Assembly: GCF_009914755.1 (NCBI RefSeq)
Contig: NC_060945.1
Strand: one strand, 5' to 3'
Source: the human T2T-CHM13v2.0 reference genome, Homo sapiens
Length of the DNA: 64,000 bases
Shown: piece after piece, positions 11,691-23,158 of the stretch
How the letters are laid out: each line of letters starts with the position of its first letter
Numbering within the stretch: position 1 is the first letter of the stretch
Made by a program: the position numbers and the translations under genes
The notes under the pieces: generated by a model
Told to the model about the DNA's origin: nothing
The model's database searches: none
Seen by the model: the letters and a program-made list of their open reading frames with translations, nothing else

Positions 11691-14404
11691 TTATGTATAT
11701 TCTTATTTTATATATATTTTAATATATTGTATATATTACATAAAATATATAGTACATATTACATAATATATTGTACATATTACATAATATAATATATTGT
11801 ACATATTACATACTATAATATATTGTACATATTACATAACATAATATATTGTACATATTACATAATATAATATATTGTACATATTACAAAATATATATTT
11901 CACATTACATAATATATATTTCACATATTACATAATATATTTCATACATTACATAATATAATATATTTCATACATTACATAATACATATTTCATACATTA
12001 CATAATATATATTTCACATATTACATAATATATATTTCACATATTACATAATATATTTCATACATTACATAATATAATATATTTCATGCATTACATAATA
12101 CATATTTCATACATTACATAATATAATATATTTCATGCATTACATAATATAATATATTTCATGCATTAAATAATATATATTTCATACATTACATAATATA
12201 CTATATTTCATACATTAAATAATATACTATATTTCATACATTACATAATATATTTCATACATTACATAATATACTATATTTCATATATTACATAATATAC
12301 TATATTTCATATATTCCATAATATACTATATTTCATATATTCTATAATATACTATATTTCATATATTCTATAATATAATATATTTCATATATTCTATAAT
12401 ATAATATATTTCATATATTCTATAATATACTATATTTTATATAATATAATATACTTTATATTTTATATAATATACTTTATATATTATATACTATAATATA
12501 CTTTATATATTATATTATATAATATACTTTATATATTATATTATATAATATATAAAATATATTATATAATATAATATATTTTATATTACATAACATAATA
12601 TATTTTACATATTACATAACATATCTTACATATTACATAACATAATATATCTTACATTTTACATAACATAATATATCTTACATATTACATAACATAATAT
12701 ATCTTACATATTACATAACATAATATATCTTACATATTACATAACATAATATATCTTACATATTACATAATATATCTTACATATTACATAACATAATATA
12801 TCTTACATATTACATAACATAATATATTTTACATATTACATAACATATTTTACATATTATATAACATATTATTTTACATATTATATAACATAATATATTT
12901 TATATATTATATAACATAATATATTTTACATATTATATAACATAATGTATTTTACATATTATATAACATAATGTATTTTACATATTATATAACATAATGT
13001 ATTTTATATATTATATAACATAATGTATTTTACATATTATATAACATAATGTATTTTATATATTATATAACATAATGTATTTTATATATTATATAACATA
13101 ATGTATTTTATATATTATATAACATAATGTATTTTATATATTATATAATATAATGTATTTTATATATTATATAAACACTGAGGGTCAAATTTCAACAGGA
13201 GATTTGGAGGGTCAAATATCCAAACTACAGCACCATTATATTCCCAAAGTCTATGCCCTTCCCCCTACAACAATTATATATTATATAGTATATATTATAT
13301 AGTATATATAATATACTATAGTATATATTATATAGTATATATAATATACTATAGTATATATTATATAGTATATATAATATACTATAGTATATATACTATA
13401 GTATATATAATACACTATAGTATATATAATACACTATAGTATATATACTATAGTATATATAATACACTATAGTATATATACTATAGTATATATAATACAC
13501 TATAGTATATATACTATAGTATATATAATACACTATAGTATATATACTATAGTATATATAATACACTATAGTATATATACTATAGTATATATAATACACT
13601 ATAGTATATATACTATAGTATATATAATACACTATAGTATATATACTATAGTATATATAATACACTATAGTATATATACTATAGTATATATAATACACTA
13701 TATATAATACACTATATTTTATACTATATTATATATAATATATTTTATATATATATTTTATATATATTTTATGTATATAATATATTTTATATATATTTTA
13801 TATATATAATATATTTTATACATAACATATATTATATATAATATATTATATATTACTATATATAATATATTATATATTACTATATATAATATATTATATA
13901 TTACTATATATAATATATTATATATTACTATATATAATATATTATATATTACTATATATAATATATTATATATTACTATATATAATATATTATATATTAC
14001 TATATATAATATATTATATATTACTATATATAATATATTATATATTACTATATATAATATATTATATATTACTATAATATTCATAATTATATAATCATAT
14101 AATTATAATCATGTAATTATATAATTATATAATTATAATTATATAATTATAATCATAATCTTATATAGTATATAATATGTTATATAATATATAATATATT
14201 ATATATATCATATAATTATATGATATATATAATATATTATATATATTATAAATATTATATAATTTTATTATATGTTATATATTATATCATAGTATATATT
14301 ATATAATATATAATATAATATAATATAAATTATATAATATAAATATATGATATATTATATAATATATATTATATATTATTTTACATATCTTTATATATAT
14401 ACGC
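11691..14404. repeat. ~2.7-kb compound AT-rich minisatellite / low-complexity array
   Basis: Successive sub-arrays with ~21-26-bp units (tattgtacatattacataa..., tatttcatacattacataa..., tatcttacatattacataacataata, tgtattttacatattatataacataa), then 33-bp and 24-bp palindromic-unit arrays. Confidence 0.97.
13174..13273 (+). repeat. 100-bp direct copy of 14778-14877 inserted within the AT array
   Basis: 99/100 identity (G13249 vs T14853), offset 1,604 bp. Confidence 0.97.
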
Positions 14405-14484
14405 AAATATATAAATTACACATCTTCAGGTATTCCTCTATGGCAACACAAATGATATGATATATACATGAGGTTTATTTGGCT
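14405..14484. repeat. Right arm of inverted repeat
   Basis: See left arm 11616-11690. Confidence 0.9.
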
Positions 14485-14836
14485 TTTGGTTCTGTGGGCT
14501 GTAGAAGAAGCATGGTGTACTTCTGGTGAAGGCTTCAGGTTGCTTCCAGGCAGAAGCAGAAAGGGAGCCAGTATGTGCAGAGTTCACATACTAAGAGAGG
14601 GAGCAAGAGAGAGAGATGAGAGAGAGATGAGAGGAAGGTGCCAGACTCTTTTTAATAACCAGCTCTCATAGGAACTAATGGAATGAGAACTCACTCAGTT
14701 CCCCCAGGGAGGGCATTAATCTGTTCATGAGGGATCTGTCCCCATGACTCAAATGCTTCGCAGTTAGGCTCCACTTCAACACTGAGGGTCAAATTTCAAC
14801 AGGAGATTTGGAGGGTCAAATATCCAAACTACAGCA
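14470..14836 (-). mobile_element. MaLR solo LTR, MSTB-like
   Basis: gaggtttatttggct...gaagcatgg...gtgccagactctttttaataaccagctctc...gagggcattaatctgttcatgaggga...caaatatccaaactacagca. Confidence 0.85.
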
Positions 14837-15215
14837 CCATTATATTCCCAAATTCTATGCCCTTCCCCCTACAACAAACAAATATTCTAATGGATTTAAC
14901 ATGATTTTGTTTGTATGTGTCGTTTCAAAATGCATGTTTTGATTGCACATACATTTTTAGTGTGTATAAATTGGGTTTTTAATAAAAATCCTTTTTATTT
15001 TTTATGGACACTACGTTTTGAAAATACATGTATGTTGATATTTATATATTTAATACATTGCTCCATAGTATTATCTAATTTTCTACCAGAACCACCTGGA
15101 AATATGCACTCTGAAAGCATACGGAAACCGAATAAGTGAGAAGGAAAATCAATTCAGTGTCACCTAATCTTTCACTATAAAGAGTAAAGTGAGTTATATT
15201 TAATATACAATATTA

Positions 15216-15397
15216 ACGAAGTACTTACACTACACATGCTTACACTACACATGCTCGAAGCATTCACATGTTTACGTTTAGGGATATTACAGGATTTTGC
15301 TTGATGTAATGTGTACGTCATTACGAAGTGCTTACACTACACATGCTCAGAGCATTCACATGTTTACGTTTAGGGATATTACAGGATTTTGCTTGAT
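15216..15397. repeat. Imperfect tandem duplication (~75-bp unit x2; copy 1 has an extra internal 15-bp duplication)
   Basis: 15216-15305 vs 15323-15397 share acgaagt-cttacactacacatgctc...gggatattacaggattttgcttgat. Confidence 0.92.
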
Positions 15398-15689
15398 ATA
15401 CAGCATATAGCCTGCAGTAGAGAAACTATAAAAAATCCGGGAGAATAAATAATAAGAACTAGAGATGGGCTATAGAGCAGTAACAAGGATTAAAATAAAA
15501 ATTCAGTTCCTTTTTAATCACTGGCAAATAGTAAAACTTTTCTCGGGAAACAAGAAAGTATCATTATTTAAACAAGTTTTCTATAACTTCTTTTATAAAC
15601 TCTTTAATTTCTTTCTTCTTTCAAAACTAAGTTTATGGAGCTTGAACTACAGTACAGTCATTTTAACTTAATTTTGATAAGGATCCAGC

Positions 15690-15797
15690 AGGTTGGTGGT
15701 TATTATCCCCATTTTATTGATAAAGAAACTGAGGTGGTAAGAATGTGAAAAAGTCAGGGAGCTAACGCAAGGGAGGAATTAATTCAAACCTAGGTTT
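15690..15797 (-). mobile_element. MIR
   Basis: ttattatccccatttt-gataaagaaactgagg...ttcaaacctagg core. Confidence 0.7.
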
Positions 15798-15799
15798 GG

Positions 15800-15982
15800 A
15801 GGAACACAGGCTTTAGTCAGAAATACTTTGTTCAAATCCTAAAACGCTGCTACTTACCAATTCTCTGACATTTGGCAAGTTACCTACATCCTCTGTGCCT
15901 TGGTTCCTAATCTGTCGAATGAAGTTACTGATGCCTATTTAAAGAATTGCTGTGAGTGTTACAGGGAGGACATAACTGGCAC
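15800..15982 (+). mobile_element. MIR
   Basis: gttcaaatcc...ctacttacc...ggcaagttacct...ctctgtgccttggttcctaatctgt core. Confidence 0.75.
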
Positions 15983-16514
15983 TTATTTATTTATTTATTC
16001 TTACTAAGCCCACATATTCCATAGCTGAAACAGGAGCTGAACCCATGCTTTAGGGTGTTAATTCACTATTTGTTCCGGGAGACTAGTTACATCTTTAACT
16101 AATCAACATACAATATTCTTATATGCAAAGTATCTGATGTCTAAATTACACTTTGTATCTTGGTCTTATTCTCTCTTCTCAATGCCTATTGGCCATAGTA
16201 GTCCTCCTCTACCACCAGAGTAATCTTCCTTCTGGCCCTGTGACTTGATCATGTTACTAATTTTAGCAGGAAAATACTATATTTGAAACCCTTCACAACC
16301 GGACCTGTGACTGCTTTTGAAATTCATCTGCTTCTATTGCTTGGGCTCCAGCTTGGGGCAGTCTGGTTTTTAATCCCATCTTCACTTTGACTCATGAATT
16401 CACTTACTCCCATATGTATCTGCATCTTTGTTTCACATATACACCTTTCTTTAAGGCCTGTGAAGCCTTTTTCCTTCCCCCTAACATAAACACAGCTTCT
16501 TTGAATCTTTGCAC

Positions 16515-16923
<409 letters not shown>

Positions 16924-18370
16924 TGAATCATTGAACTCAGAACAAAGTTTTCTTCTTCTTCTCCTATGACATGTACATAGAACTTCAAATTACAGACATT
17001 TGTATTCTTAACTCATTCTCCCTATTTAACTACAGCTTCTTGAAAACAAATTTTCTTACTCATTTCTTGTCACTTAATGCATGCATGAGACCTTATGTAT
17101 GGTTGGTACTTAGTAAATATTAAATGAACATAACTAAATTAAAAGCTTGAAGGTTTTCACTTCTGGGTTGCAAGACCTGTGTTTCTTAAACTACTTTGGC
17201 CTTCCAGGTAACTTTTATAAAATCAAAATAAATTATCAAGAAGATGACAAAGAACGATTGATAAATAAAAGAGTTAAACTTTCAGAAAGCAGTGACAGCA
17301 TTCATTTTACTCACAAGCCAAGACAGCTCAACAACACAATTGAAAGCTACCGAAGTAAGTTGGGATTCTTGGTGAAACAACATTGCATAATATCTCACAG
17401 TGGCTTTAAGTCACCACAGTGCAGGGGGTGAAAGCATTTTCCACTTGGAATCTAAGGCAACTTAAAAGGATTATTGATTTTTCCCTCTACTTATAAATGA
17501 GAGTCACATATTAGGAGTGAAAGCTGCAGACCCAACATAATGACCTTTCTACTTGGCTTCTTTTTCCTAACATAAACAGAATCACTTTCTGTGGTTAAGA
17601 GGATATTAAGCAGTCAATCTTGTAATTGTGTGCGTGTGTGTGACTGCCTGCTCCTTGAGAGCAAAAATTAGTAGCAACATTTTTAATTTTAAAAATTTTG
17701 GTTCTGTTCACTTAGCATTAGAAATCTCAATATCTAATTGTGTGTTTTCTCTTCCTGCTCTGGTGTTGAAAAGTCTTGTGTTTACTTAACGCCTCATCAC
17801 TAATACACAAGTTCAGCTGAAAACGGTCACTTTATTGAAGACATAAGACCTGGCTTGACCTTGTTTAAGATGTAAGATTTAAAATAAACTTATCGTTTCC
17901 TGATGCGTTATCATAAGAAGAAAGATTCTAAAATATAAAATAGTGGGAAAGCCCATATTAAAACTGCCCTCCAAAACAAAGGCTGCGGGGTTGACAAAGT
18001 CATTAAAATCAGATTTTGTTTTGTCTGTCAGATTTCAATTTCGTGATTTAATTAGGGATTTTCTGAAAACAAGTTGAGGCTTGGTGGATTTCCTGCTCTT
18101 TGTTGCTAGTTCCTTTCTCAGGGATTTAAAATGACTGCATTTTCTACAGCTTCTCACTCTTTTGAGTGAACTCTGAATTATTTCTGTGTTTCTTTTAAGA
18201 TTTTCTTTCTTTCTTCACTATTCAATGACATCTAGCTTCTATTTTAATGATAGAAAAGTAATGATCTTGGGCGATCATCTGCAACTGCTTCACTGTAAGC
18301 AAGCAGAAACATTTTTGTGATTTGAAAGGTACCAGGTAGATCCTTTCTCTGTCTGAAACTGTTATCTCTA

Positions 18371-18406
18371 ACACACACACACACACACACACACATACAC
18401 ACACAC
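18371..18406. repeat. (CA)n microsatellite
   Basis: Direct reading. Confidence 0.95.
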
Positions 18407-18524
18407 TGCCAGTTGTTATGTCTGAAGTTCTCCCATTGAAGGGCTCCCATCAGTTCATTCTAACAAACACAAGTTTCACATACCATGTGAGAGAGTCATC
18501 CCTTTAGATACTGAAATTACAAAA

Positions 18525-18760
18525 ATAATATCTGCAATTTGCCCAGCACTAATTATGCATCAAGCACAGAACTAAGTCTTCTACTTATATTCTCTCATTT
18601 CATCCTCACATCATCACAATGAGGTAAATATTAGAACCCTCAATTTCCATATGAAGAAAGTGAGGACCAGAGAAGTGACTTGGCCAAGGTCACAGAGCCT
18701 GTAAGTGTTAAATGAGCAGGTTTTTCTGATTTCAGAGATTGAGCTCTACCTGACACTGCT
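18525..18760 (-). mobile_element. MIR
   Basis: catttcatcctcaca...atgaagaaagtgagg-cagagaagtgacttggccaaggtcacagagc. Confidence 0.8.
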
Positions 18761-18926
18761 TCTGTGAATAAGGAAGTCCCTGTCAAGAGGTTGATAGCCA
18801 GAGACAAAATGGAAATAATTCTTAAGAGTTTGAAAAGAGCCTTCAATTTTGGCAAGAATCCCATTTTTACAGATAAGAAAACAGGTTCAGGGGATTTTCA
18901 AAGTTTCTCAGGCTTATAAACCTAAT

Positions 18927-20279
18927 GTGTCAGTTACCAATTTGTAATGTCTCAGCTTCAAATCTACTCTCCATTGCATGGTATTCAGGATAGAAACAGA
19001 CCCTGGGTATTAGTTTTCTATAGTTTCCATAACAAAGTACCACAAGCAGGGCAACTTAACCAACAGGAATTTATTTTCTGTTCTAGAGGCTAGAAGTCTG
19101 AGATCAAGGTGTTGGCAGGCTTGGTTTAATTGAGGCCTGTCTCCTTGGCTTGCAGATGGCTGTCTTCTCCCTGTGTCGTTACATGGTCTTCTCTCTGTAC
19201 ATGTCTGTGTCCTAATTTCTTCCTATAAGGACATTAGTCATATCGGATCAGCTGTCACTCTAACGAACTCAGCTAGCCTCAATTACCTGTTTAAAGATCT
19301 TATTTCCAGACACAGTGCCATCCTGAGTACTGGGGGTTGAAACTTCCACATGCAAATTTTGGGAGACACAATTCAGCCCATAACACTCTGTAAATTTTTA
19401 CTTTTGCAGCTGCACAGTATTAAACTTTGTCAGTAGAAGGTGCAGAAGACACACTGGAAGAGAAAGGGTTTCTCATCCTGGTTCTGGTATGCTGCACTAG
19501 ACAAGCCCCTGCAGCATATGCAGCACAGCCTCTGCAGAACCAGGCTCCTGTAGTATGTGTGGCTTCTGCAGCACATGGCTCCAGCAACACCTACCAGACA
19601 GCAGCACATGGCAATTCCCCACGGACAGCTGCTACCAGCTTCCTCTTATAAGGCTTTTAGGTAAAGGATCACCAGCATGGGACCTACCATGAGCAGCTTC
19701 TCCAGGCGCCCTCTTGGGTGGCTACACAACAGAATCCTGCTAGCCAGCCCAGCACCGCCTCATCCATGGCTTCTCTAGGGAACTTCCTTGGGGCAGCTTC
19801 ACAGTGAGTTCCAAGGTACAGCAGCTCTCCAGAGCAGCTTCCCCCAGCAGCTCAGAGAGTGGCTTCTCAGTAAATGCTGCCAACATGGCACCTCCCGGTG
19901 GATGACTTTCCCTGGAACTTTTCTGGAATCCCCTTGGGTGTCCTTGCAGTCTTGTGAACATCTCTGCCATACAGTGAGCTACTGCTGCACTGTCTCCAAT
20001 GAAATCCAGACTGTCTCAGGATGGGAAGGGGCATCCAGATTTGATTTTTTTTATTCCTTGGATATTGTTTTTCATACCCAGGGGGAAGTGGTTGTTTCCC
20101 ATACCTACTATTCTTCTACTTATTATTATTTTTTTTAGTGTCTTTACTTCTAGTCAATCTCCTGTTAGTCTAATACCCTGTTAATAATTTCTTATATTAA
20201 TTGTGTCTTTTTAAAATTATCTTTAAATTAAAAAAAATCTTTGTGTTTTCTATCTACCAATTAGACCCCAACTAATACA
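18927..20279 (+). mobile_element. ERVL solo LTR (LTR33/LTR41-like), split by an MLT1 insertion
   Basis: TG...CA termini (tgtgtcagtt...ccccaactaataca); tctcagcttcaaatc and tttgtcagtagaagg motifs on either side of the MLT1. Confidence 0.55.
19006..19385 (-). mobile_element. MaLR solo LTR, MLT1A/B-like
   Basis: ttctagaggctagaagtctgagatcaaggtgttggcagg...ggagacacaattcagcccataaca; 5-bp TSD-like ccctg/ctctg. Confidence 0.85.
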
Positions 20280-20754
20280 ACCGGTAAGTGGCAAACCCAG
20301 TACCCAGATAATCCTATAAAAAAAGGAAAATGCATAGGTGTTATAAAGATTGAAAAGGAAAATGTAAAACTGTCATTCTTTCCAGAGGATAAGGTCATTT
20401 ATTTAGAAATGCCAGCAGAATGGAGATGACGACCATAGATGACAGAAATACAATGGAAAAGAAATTAACAATAAAATTTAAACTGCAGTTCCTTACATAA
20501 ATTAACAATGATAAATAGCTATAAACTTGGGATTGTAATTAATTTGTCTCTCTACCAAAATTCTAAAAAGTGTAGAATTTAAGAAAATAAAAGTCTATAG
20601 GAATGAATGACATCAGCTAGGGAAGAGTTTTATAAGCAGAAGCAAGAGGGCTGATATCAACGAGAAATGTAGTAGAGATAGAATAGCCAGCAAAGAGACT
20701 GAAAAGGAAGGAACAAGAAAAAATGTGGGCATATAATGTGGAATCCTAGTAAAA

Positions 20755-20971
20755 AGGAATCAGCAGAACTGTGGACTGTCAGCCAAATCTGACCGTCCTC
20801 CCACCCACACACTCCAGCCTTCTACCCCTACCTGTTTTTGGACAGCTCCTGAGCTAAGAATCAGTTTTATGCTAAAACAGAAAAGTTGAATAGTTGCAAC
20901 AGAGACTGTTTGGCAGCCAAAGTCTAAAATATTATCACCTAGCACTTTACAGGAAAAGTGTAATGACCCTG
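20755..20971. mobile_element. hAT-Charlie MITE, MER58-like
   Basis: gttgaatagttgcaacagagac...aaagtctaaaatatt...ctttacaggaaaag...gaccctg. Confidence 0.7.
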
Positions 20972-21869
20972 CTAAAGAAGTGTCTCAAATGCTTTTGTGA
21001 GACAGAGTAAAATGCGGACAAAAATATGACCATTTGTTTGCTTGAATTCTGTGTCCTCTGAAAGTGAATTTCACATCCCTAAAACTCAGATCAGATATAA
21101 TCTAAACTTTTTCTCCTTAAAATTGAACTTTACCAACTCTTGAACTCCCATTCTCTAAAATTCAGGATATACTCAGTCTCATTTCATATACTTATCCTAC
21201 CTAGGGATAATCTAAATTCCAGGCAGCTTACTTATCCCTCTAAAATTGAGGAGAAGGCCAGCCTGGTCTACAGCAATCCTCCATCATCTACTGACCTCTA
21301 TCAAGATGCACATTCCTCACCAACCTTTGATGGCTGGCACTGACCTCTGGTGTATTGTCTACCCTTTGATCACCAGGTTGATGCCAGTCATACACTGTCT
21401 TCATCATACCAATTATGCCAGGTGAAGTCTTCCAGCTTACTCACCATTCCTTTTTCACCTCTCTCACTTAGACTCTAGGCAACTTTGCTGTGCTTTTTCA
21501 TGTACCATACTGGATGGGCAGAAATCTGTGAGAGCTTACCCCTCTACTGATATCCTTCTATTCAACAAGCTTCTCTGGGGGCGTGGGTTCACACCAGGCC
21601 ACCCCAAGAAAGCAAAGCACAGGTGTTGTTCAGCCCAAACTTATCAGAAACAGAGAGAAAGTGGGTCTATGATTTTTGAACTTGCTTAGAGACATTCTCC
21701 AAGGTCTGACTCTGCATTTTCTCTCACAATTCTGAAGCCTTTCCCAATTTTAACAATTCTTTCAGTGGAAGAAAAACTAATTCTTACAACATTTTATTTT
21801 TTAATTATCTTTAATATAGCAGAGAAAGTAATGAGTGAGGTGATATCATGGCATATTTCATATGTATTA

Positions 21870-22570
21870 AAAATTAATAAGGGAATTTTATTAAAAACTT
21901 AATGCCCATAAATTTTACAACTTAGATAAAATAGACAATTTCCTTAAAAGGCATAAATTACCAAACTCAATAAAGAGAAAATAGATAACTCAGACAGCTG
22001 TATGTATTATATAAATTGAAATTGTATTTAACAGTCTTTCCCAAAAGAAAACTAGAGATCCAAATATTTTCACTGGTGAATTCTACCTAACGTTTATGAA
22101 GAAAATAATGCCAAGTCCACATTAACTCTTCCAAAAAATTAAAGAGGATGAAATACTCATTGTATGAAGCAAGGATTACTCTGATACCAAAACAAAATAT
22201 ATTACAAGAAAAGAAAACAACAGACCATATCCCTCATAAAAATAGCTACAAATATTCTAAACAAAATTTTAGCAAATCAAATTTTACAATACATTGAGAT
22301 GATAATACATCATGACCAAGTTGAGTTTTTCTCATAAATGCAAGTTTGGCTTTATATCTTCAAAAAAAATCAATGTATTAAAAGACTTAAAAAATGAAAG
22401 CCATGTGACCATCTCAATAAATGCAAAAAAAAAGGCTTTGACAAATTCTAACACCCATTTCTGACAAAAATAAATAAAACTCTCCATATCAGGAATGAAA
22501 GTGAACTTTTCTCAAACCGATAAAAAGCATCTACAAAAAAAGTGGAGCTAACATCATATTTAATTGTATA
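21870..22570 (+). mobile_element. Old L1M ORF2 fragment
   Basis: ttcactggtgaattctacc, attactctgataccaaaac, atacatcatgaccaagt, gctaacatcata motifs. Confidence 0.8.
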
Positions 22571-22881
22571 AGTTAAAGTAAGAGCAGAATGTGAATTGTG
22601 TTGATGTCAGGTTAAAAACCAATACTTTGTCCTACAGGCCAGAGATGGCCTATTGGTTTTATTTCAAATGCCAAATCTAGTAAACTACATTGACAAGAAT
22701 TCTGAGACCACATTCAATCTTTGCAAGAAATAGAGTTTTAAGATAAGGGCAATATGAAGTGGTACGTGCCTGTTATCATTGCTACAAACAATAGGAAATT
22801 ACTGACAATATAGGAACCACATCAATAGAGAACACAATAGAATCTCAAACTTGAAGGGACATAAACATTTAAACTTGTTTT

Positions 22882-23158
22882 CTATTTTTATTTTTATTTT
22901 TTATTTTACTTTAAGTTCTGGGACACATGTGCAGAACCCGCAGGTTTGTTACATAGGTATACATGTGCCATGGTGGTTTGCTGTACCTATCAACCTGTCA
23001 TCTAGGTTTTAAACCCCATATGCATTAGGTATTTCTCCTAATGCTCTCCCTCCCCTTGTCGCCCACCACCTAACAGGCCCCAGTGTGTGATGTTCCTCTC
23101 CCAGTGTCCATGTGTTCTCATTGTTCAACTCCCACTTATGAGTGAGAACATATGGTGT
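22882..23158 (-). mobile_element. 5'-truncated L1PA (L1PA8-like) 3' end
   Basis: ttttactttaagttctggg-acatgtgcagaac...tctaggttttaa-ccc...cccacttatgagtgagaacat; TSD-like aaacttg on both sides. Confidence 0.9.

Noticed and set aside
13396-14084. Periodic Tyr/Ile-rich ORFs (100 and 108 aa)
   Set aside because: Translations of 33-bp and 24-bp minisatellites that happen to lack stops; no coding evidence
11691-14404. CRISPR-like repeat/spacer reading of the array with its unique insert
   Set aside because: Primate DNA, no regular repeat-spacer alternation, no cas genes; the single insert is a local copy
19427-20138. GC-richer block with several ORFs
   Set aside because: Lies within an ERVL-type solo LTR; the peptides are not gag/pol/env-like
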